DNA of 31,282 nt. Source: Candidatus Eiseniibacteriota bacterium. GTDB lineage: Bacteria; ARS69. The notes below the pieces were generated by a model, which made no database searches, was not told the DNA's origin, and saw only the letters and a list, made by a program, of their open reading frames with translations. Every line of letters begins with the position of its first letter. The first letter of the stretch is position 1. Positions 25,847-31,282 of the stretch are shown piece by piece. The stretch lies in assembly GCA_052390515.1 (NCBI GenBank), contig JBQTGV010000133.1:1-31282 (forward strand). The letters run 5' to 3'. A program made the translations under genes and the position numbers.

Positions 25847-26874
25847 ACCGCCGCGAGCGGATCCGCATCGGCGTGGCCGTTGCCTCGGGGCTCGGGCCCG
25901 TGGCCGCGCGCCGGGTCTGCGAGCAGTTCGGCGGCTGGGAGGAGGCGGTCGCGGCCGCGCGCGAGGGGCTCGTCGAGGGGGCCGCCGCACGGATCGCCGT
26001 CGCCGGGGCCGAAGAGCGTGGCGAGCAGGTGGCGCGGGACTGCGCGCGCCTCGGCCTGACCGTGCTCTTCCTCGCGTCGGCGGAGTGGCCGGCGAAGCTC
26101 GCCTGTCTGACCGATCCGCCCGAGGTGCTGTTCTGCCGTGGCCGGCTCGGTCTCCTCGCCGAGCGGGCGGTCGGCGTCGTCGGATCGCGGGAGACGTCCG
26201 CCGCCGGCGCGGACCTCGCCGCGCGCCTTGCCGAGCGACTCGCCGAGGAGGGCTGGGCGGTCGTGTCCGGGCTGGCGCGGGGCATCGACGCGTGCGCCCA
26301 CCGCGGCGCGCTCTCGGCCGGCGGCGACACGATCGCGGTGCTGGGCTGCGGGCCCGACGTCGCCTATCCGCCGGAGAACGAAGCGCTGCTCGCGCGCATC
26401 GCCGAGCAGGGCCTCGTCGTGTCCGAGTTCGCGCCCGGTACGCCGCCGCGCGCCGCGCAGTTCCCGCGACGCAACCGCGTGCTGGCCGGGCTCGCCGACG
26501 CGGTCGTCGTGGTGGAGTCGCGGCTGCGCAGCGGCGCCCTCGTGACGGCGAAGTACGCGCTCGACCAGGGCAAGGAGCTCTACGCCGTGCCGGGCTGGCC
26601 GAGCGCCGCGCTCTCCCAGGGTCCGCTGCAGCTGCTCCGCCAGGGGGCTCACCTCATCCGGGACGCGGACGATCTGATCGAGGATCTCGGCGGCATTCCC
26701 GGCGGACCCCGTCCCGGTCGGGACGAGCTCGAAGTGCTCGCGGCCGTGCGGGACGGCGCGGAGACTGAGGCGGCACTGGCCCGGCGGCTGGGCGTCTCGC
26801 GCGAGGCGGCGCGCGAGCGGCTGGCGCGCCTCGAGCTGCTCGGGCTCGTCCAGCCTGGAGTGGAGCTTGGCTGA
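25843..26874 (+). CDS. dprA: DNA-processing protein DprA/Smf
   Basis: DPP.VLF.RG, VGVVGSR, VVSGLARGID..AH, AVLGCG.D..YP.EN, VSEF.PG, FPRRNR.LAGL, VVVE....SGAL.TA..ALDQG.E..AVPG; C-terminal LELLG wHTH-like segment. Confidence 0.93.
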   Translation: MNRRERIRIGVAVASGLGPVAARRVCEQFGGWEEAVAAAREGLVEGAAARIAVAGAEERGEQVARDCARLGLTVLFLASAEWPAKLACLTDPPEVLFCRGRLGLLAERAVGVVGSRETSAAGADLAARLAERLAEEGWAVVSGLARGIDACAHRGALSAGGDTIAVLGCGPDVAYPPENEALLARIAEQGLVVSEFAPGTPPRAAQFPRRNRVLAGLADAVVVVESRLRSGALVTAKYALDQGKELYAVPGWPSAALSQGPLQLLRQGAHLIRDADDLIEDLGGIPGGPRPGRDELEVLAAVRDGAETEAALARRLGVSREAARERLARLELLGLVQPGVELG

Positions 26875-27784
26875 CCGGAGCCCGCCGAGACGCGCCCTCG
26901 AAGCCTTCGGTTTTCGCCTGCTTCTCGCGACGGTCCGCCCCCTGCCCCGCGGCGCCGCGGCAGGGATCGCCTCGCTGCTCGGCCGTTTCGCCTTCGACGT
27001 CGTACGCATCCGCCGGACCGTGGCGGTCGGGAACGTGCTGGCGCGGCTGCAGCCGGCGGGCGGCCGTGCGGAGGCGGAGCGGATCGCTCGCGAGAGCTAC
27101 GAGGTGATGGCCAGGACCTTCGTCGATCTGCTGCGGTTCGACCGCATCGGAGAACCTACGCTGTGGCGCGCGCTCTCCGTCGGCGAGGTCCGGGAGCTGG
27201 TCTCCTCGCTCGAGGGCGGGTCCGGCGTGGTCGTGTCCGCGCACTTCGGGAACTGGGAGCTGCTGCTGCTCGGGCTCTCGCGGAGCGGTGTCATCGTGCA
27301 CGCGATCGCGCGGGACCAGAGCAACGCGGCCGCGGACCGAGGCATCAAGGCCGCCCGGGCGAACGCCGGGGTGCGCACGCTGTCCTCCCGGACCGGGCTG
27401 CGTGAAGCGGTGCGAGCGCTGCGCCGAGGGGAGTCCGTGACGTCGCTGCTCGATCAGGACGCGGGCGGGAAGGGCCTCTTCGTGGACTTCCTCGGCGCGA
27501 AGGCCTCCTGCCACTCGGGACTGGTGGCGCTCGCCGCGCGCACCGGGAAGCCGATGGTCCCGGTGGTGCTGGTCGACGAGCGCGGGACCTACCGCGTGGC
27601 CCTGGGCGGCGTCTGGCGGCCGGACCCGACGCTCTCCGAGGAGGCGAACGTGCACGCCGGCGTCGAGCACTTCCATCGCTTCCTGGAGGAGCAGGTGCGC
27701 GCCCACCCCGGCAACTACTTCTGGGCGCACCGCCGATGGAAGACCCGTCCGCCCGGGGGCGAAGCGGGGGAGGCGCGCGCGTGA
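26867..27784 (+). CDS. Lipid A late acyltransferase family (LpxL/HtrB-like)
   Basis: SAHFGNWE, LLDQD, V.FLG..A, E..VR.HP.NYFW.HRRWKTRP. Confidence 0.85.
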   Translation: MADRSPPRRALEAFGFRLLLATVRPLPRGAAAGIASLLGRFAFDVVRIRRTVAVGNVLARLQPAGGRAEAERIARESYEVMARTFVDLLRFDRIGEPTLWRALSVGEVRELVSSLEGGSGVVVSAHFGNWELLLLGLSRSGVIVHAIARDQSNAAADRGIKAARANAGVRTLSSRTGLREAVRALRRGESVTSLLDQDAGGKGLFVDFLGAKASCHSGLVALAARTGKPMVPVVLVDERGTYRVALGGVWRPDPTLSEEANVHAGVEHFHRFLEEQVRAHPGNYFWAHRRWKTRPPGGEAGEARA

Positions 27785-28719
27785 GCGGGCTCGTCGCCGT
27801 CGTCGGGACGGTCAACCGGGACTGGATTCGAGCGCCCGACGGCACCGAGCGCGAGAGCCTGGGCGGCATCCTCTACAACGTGATGACGCTCGCCGCGCTG
27901 CTCGAGGGGACCGGGTTCCACGTTCGTGCGTACGGGCGGATCGGGGCGGCGGACTGCCGCGAGGCGGTGCGGCTGCTCGACGGGTTCCCCGCCGCGGATC
28001 CGGAGGGACTCGTCGTCGATCCGGCGGGCACGAACCTCTCGCGGCTCGACTACTCCGGCGGAGGAGAGCGCGTCGAGGAGGTGCACATGAACGTCGCGCC
28101 GCTCGACGAGCGCGATCTCCGCGGCGTGTCCGAGGCCGACGCCGTGCTGGTGAACATGATCTCCGGTCGCGACCTTTCGCTCGAGACGCTCGCGAGGGTG
28201 CGCGCGGCGTCGAAAGGTCTCTTCCTGCTCGACGTGCAGGCGCTCGCGCGCACCGCGGACTCGCCGCGGCGGCCGCGCTCCGTGCCGGAGTGGCGCCGGT
28301 GGTGCGCTGCCTTCGACGTGGTCCGCGGGAACGAGGTGGAGATCGCCTCGTTTCCGGGCGCCGCGGACTCCCGGGAAGGCATGCGGCGCATCCTCGAGGC
28401 CGGTCCGGAGGAAGTGCTGGCGACGAGCGGCGTGCGTGGATCCGCCCGCGCGACGCGCCGGGACGGGGTCGAGCACCTCGAGAGGATTCCGGCGTTCCCT
28501 GCTCCCGGCGCGGAGGAGCCGACGGGCTGCGGCGACGCATATCTCTCCGGAGTCTGTGCGGGGCGGCTGCTCGGGGTCGCGGCGGGAGATGCGCCGTGGC
28601 TCGGCTCCTGGATCGCGGCGCGGGTGGCGGGGCTCTCCGGGATAGCCCAGTTGACCGGGCTGCGCGGGCTTCGCCCCGTCGCCGCACGCGAGGTGGAGCG
28701 GCTGCGCGGCTTGCGCTGA
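27781..28719 (+). CDS. PfkB/ribokinase-family carbohydrate kinase
   Basis: VVGTVNRD.I, GG, N..E, T.G.RGS and EPTGCGDAY. GTGA overlap with the acyltransferase. Confidence 0.75.
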   Translation: MSGLVAVVGTVNRDWIRAPDGTERESLGGILYNVMTLAALLEGTGFHVRAYGRIGAADCREAVRLLDGFPAADPEGLVVDPAGTNLSRLDYSGGGERVEEVHMNVAPLDERDLRGVSEADAVLVNMISGRDLSLETLARVRAASKGLFLLDVQALARTADSPRRPRSVPEWRRWCAAFDVVRGNEVEIASFPGAADSREGMRRILEAGPEEVLATSGVRGSARATRRDGVEHLERIPAFPAPGAEEPTGCGDAYLSGVCAGRLLGVAAGDAPWLGSWIAARVAGLSGIAQLTGLRGLRPVAAREVERLRGLR

Positions 28720-28902
28720 CGCGGCCGTCGAAGGTCCCCCGGGCGACCGGTCCGCGTCGCCTCGGGGCCCCGGCGTTCCTGTCACCGGGCTGCGCACCGG
28801 GAAGCCGCTGCCCGCACCTCGCCGGCGTAACGCCTGATCCGTTCGGGGGTTGGCGGCGAGGCGGCGCGGCTCGGAGCGGCGCTGCGAACGTCGAGCACAC
28901 TT

Positions 28903-29068
28903 CGGCACGGAACTTTCAAAGGGGCAGCCTGTCGGAGCCGACACCTTCGCACTCGCAGGTCCTTCCCACGGCTCCGGCACCGACCAGGGCGCCGGGACCG
29001 CACCGGCGGTCAGTGAGAGAGGAGCTTCCGGGGGGGAGCCGCTGACCCGCCGAATGCATCCCGTGCCG
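28903..29068 (+). ncRNA. Structured ncRNA candidate, possibly 6S RNA-like
   Basis: The ends pair (CGGCACGG / CCGTGCCG) and there are internal helices. GGGGCAGCC..GAGCCGACA loosely recalls the 5' strand of 6S RNA (from memory). No credible ORF; followed by a terminator. Confidence 0.4.
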
Positions 29069-29083
29069 CTCCTGGAAGGCGGA

Positions 29084-29118
29084 GGGGCATCCGTCGATGA
29101 CGGATGCCCCCTTTTCTT
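29084..29118 (+). terminator. Intrinsic terminator
   Basis: GGGGCATCCGTC-GAT-GACGGATGCCCC: perfect 12-bp stem, then CTTTTCTT. Confidence 0.85.
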
Positions 29119-29196
29119 GGTGCGCGGCGGTCCCAGCACCGGCATCGTCGCACGCACGCACGAGGCGCCGGGCGAAACGGCGGTCTCCGACCCTTC

Positions 29197-29205
29197 TGAT
29201 AGAAT
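29197..29205 (+). promoter_or_regulatory. Extended -10 promoter element for rnd
   Basis: TGA-TAGAAT (TGn + TAGAAT), ~30 nt before the rnd GTG and downstream of a terminator. Confidence 0.55.
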
Positions 29206-29237
29206 GGCGCGCTTGCCCTGCGCACCCCGGAGGACCC

Positions 29238-30413
29238 GTGTTCGTCACCGAACGAAGCCGCTTCCTGGAAATCGTCGAGGCGATCCGGCGGGCTCGCATC
29301 TTCGGATGGGACACCGAGTTCATCCAGGACCGGACCTACTGGCCCAAGCTCTGCCTGGTGCAGGTGTCCACCCCCGACCTCGCCGCCGCGGTCGACCCGT
29401 TCGAGGTCGGCGACCTCGCCCCGCTGTGGGAGCTCGTGGCCGATCCTGAGATCGAGGTGGTCGTGCACGCGGGAGCCCAGGACTTCCAGATCGCCTTCGA
29501 CGGGATCGGGCGGCCTCCCCGGGCCGTCTTCGACACGCAGGTCGCGGCCGCGTTCGCCGGCTTCGGCGACAGCGTGAGCTACGCGGGACTGCTCTCCCGG
29601 GAGCTGGGCGTGCGCATCTCCAAGCGCGAGACGATGACCGACTGGTCCAGGCGGCCCCTCACCGACGCCCAGCTCGAGTACGCGCTGGACGACGTTCGCC
29701 ATCTGCTGGAGGTCCGCGACCGGCTGCGCGCGCGCCTCGCCGAGGCCGGCCGCCTGTCGTGGATCCAGGAGGAGCAGTCGAGCTGGGAGCGGCCGGACAC
29801 GTTCCAGCGCGATCCCCAGCGCGCCTGGGAGCGCCTCGCGCGGCGCAAGGCGCTGGACGGGAAGACGCTCGCGGTGCTGCGCGAGGTGGCCGCGTGGCGG
29901 GAGGAGACCGCCTCGGAGCGGGACGTCCCGAGGAATCGGGTGCTCAGCGACGACATGGTGGTCGAGGTCTCGCGCCGGGCGCCCAAGAGCGTCGATCAGC
30001 TGGGCGCCATCCGCAACCTCCCGGACCGCGTGGCCGGGCGGCACGGAGAGGAGATCATCGCGCGGGTTCGCCGCGGCCTGGACGTGCCGCGGGATCAGCG
30101 GCCGCACTCGCCCCAGCTGCGCTCCGAGGATCCGGCGCGCGCACGCCTCGTCGATCTGCTCGACCAGCTCGTGCAGATCCGTGCGCGCGAGACCGGCGTG
30201 GCGCGCAACGTGCTCGCGAACCGGACCGACCTGGACCGGGTCGTGGGGATCCACTGGGGCGAAGAGGAGGGCGACGATCCGCCCGCGATTCTGTCGGGCT
30301 GGCGCGCCGAGCTGGTGGGGGCTGACCTCGGCAGGCTCCTGGACGGGAAGATCGTGCTGGGTGTCGATCCCGGTGCGCGGGCACCGCGGGTCATGGCGGC
30401 GCCGAAGGCCTGA
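29238..30413 (+). CDS. rnd: Ribonuclease D
   Basis: DTEF...[12 protein letters not shown]...[17 protein letters not shown]...QLEYA..DV; HRDC-like WRE..A..RDVP...VL.D; C-terminal GWRAEL.G. GTG after SD GGAGG. Confidence 0.92.
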   Translation: MFVTERSRFLEIVEAIRRARIFGWDTEFIQDRTYWPKLCLVQVSTPDLAAAVDPFEVGDLAPLWELVADPEIEVVVHAGAQDFQIAFDGIGRPPRAVFDTQVAAAFAGFGDSVSYAGLLSRELGVRISKRETMTDWSRRPLTDAQLEYALDDVRHLLEVRDRLRARLAEAGRLSWIQEEQSSWERPDTFQRDPQRAWERLARRKALDGKTLAVLREVAAWREETASERDVPRNRVLSDDMVVEVSRRAPKSVDQLGAIRNLPDRVAGRHGEEIIARVRRGLDVPRDQRPHSPQLRSEDPARARLVDLLDQLVQIRARETGVARNVLANRTDLDRVVGIHWGEEEGDDPPAILSGWRAELVGADLGRLLDGKIVLGVDPGARAPRVMAAPKA

Positions 30414-30422
30414 ACCCCGCCC

Positions 30423-30776
30423 TCAGGTCCCGCGCGGCTGCCCGTCGGGCGGCGGGAGCGTCGGCGCGAACCCGATCTTCGCGTCCTCGGGTCGGCCCGC
30501 CAAGCGGATCGTCCCGTGATGCTCCTCGAAGTTCGCGATGTTGCGCTGCAGCAGCTCCGAGAGAGCCTTGGCGTGCTGCGGGGTCATGACGATCCGCGCG
30601 TAGACCTTGCCGGCGCGGACGCCGGGCAGCGCGCGCGCGAAGTCCAGCACGAACTCCGACGGCGAGTGCGTGCAGAACATCAAGTTGGAGTACGTTCCCT
30701 GGGCGACGTCGTCCGGCAGCTCCACGGGGAGCTGCTGCGGCGCGGCGACGGGCGGCCCGGCGGGCTTGGCGGACAT
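30423..30776 (-). CDS. DUF3467-family protein
   Basis: G.YSNL....HSPSEFVLDF...LPG......ARIVMTPQHAK.L...L..NI..FE..HG.I. SD GGAGG upstream on the minus strand. Confidence 0.8.
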   Translation of the reverse strand: MSAKPAGPPVAAPQQLPVELPDDVAQGTYSNLMFCTHSPSEFVLDFARALPGVRAGKVYARIVMTPQHAKALSELLQRNIANFEEHHGTIRLAGRPEDAKIGFAPTLPPPDGQPRGT

Positions 30777-30839
30777 GGCGGCAAGGTACCTCCGGCGCGG
30801 CGCGGCGTCGAGGGAGGGTCGGCGGGCTCGGGGCGTTCC

Positions 30840-31282
30840 TCAGCGCACCAGCGCCACCTTGCCGCTCGCGCCCGAGCCCTCGGCGCGGAAGAAGTAGACG
30901 CCGGCGGGGGCCGGCGAACCGGCGTCGGTCATCCCGTTCCAGTCCGCCACGCGGCGTGCGGCGTCGAAGTCGGCGCCGGAGAGTCTGCGCACCAGCCGCC
31001 CGCGCAGGTCGTACACGCCGATCCAGGCCGCCCCGCCGAGCCCCTGCAGCGAGGCGACGAGGCCGGTGGTGCCGTGGGCCGAAGGACGGAACGGATTCGG
31101 CCGGGCGAAGGGGAGCGCGTTGCCGGTGGAGAGATTCGCCACCTCGACTTCGAGCGTCACCGTGCCTCCCAGCAGCGGACCGATCGAGGGGACGTTCACC
31201 CCGCTCGCGGATCCGCTCCAGAGCAGCGACGCCGGCGTGCTCGAAGGACCGAACGCGGTCTGCGCGCCGGGCCAGTGGTCGG
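30840..31282 (-). CDS. 3' end of a secreted-type protein with a FlgD-Ig / T9SS-CTD-like C-terminal domain (5'-truncated)
   Basis: Frame open to the window edge. ARPNPF...VYDLRGRLVRRL...WNG.TDAG....AGVYF.R......KVALVR. Confidence 0.75.
   Translation of the reverse strand, partial: DHWPGAQTAFGPSSTPASLLWSGSASGVNVPSIGPLLGGTVTLEVEVANLSTGNALPFARPNPFRPSAHGTTGLVASLQGLGGAAWIGVYDLRGRLVRRLSGADFDAARRVADWNGMTDAGSPAPAGVYFFRAEGSGASGKVALVR

Noticed and set aside
28720-29237. tRNA, tmRNA, RNase P RNA, SRP RNA or a protein gene in the spacer
   Set aside because: I saw no T-loop/CCA end, GAGGAAAGTCC or SRP GGAA-loop signature on either strand. The ORFs here cross the terminator and have shadow-like composition.

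Overview
GC-rich bacterial window (roughly 70% GC by eye), probably from an FCB-related or candidate-phylum organism. That placement is inferred only from a FlgD-Ig-type C-terminal domain at the right edge. Bases ~50-21000 hold a type IVa pilus cluster in nearly Myxococcus/Deltaproteobacteria gene order: pilB-pilT-pilC-pilS-pilR-[sigma54 promoter]-pilA-ABC ATPase-ABC permease-pilG-like-pilD-second HK/RR pair-pilMNOPQ. It has two additions: a comEA-like gene overlapping pilB, and a secreted FG-GAP beta-propeller gene inserted before pilM. No minor pilin or pilY1 genes are visible. Downstream are aroK-rsmD-coaD-FmdB, a 181-bp element with terminal inverted repeats, and a HAD hydrolase that appears to start at ATT. 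Next come an obg-HEAT-dprA-acyltransferase-pfkB operon, a structured 0.5-kb intergenic region with a 6S-like ncRNA candidate and terminator, rnd, a DUF3467 gene and the 3' end of a secreted-type protein. comEA, the pilus genes and dprA together suggest a natural competence system. All calls come from motif recognition by eye; no database search or folding was run.
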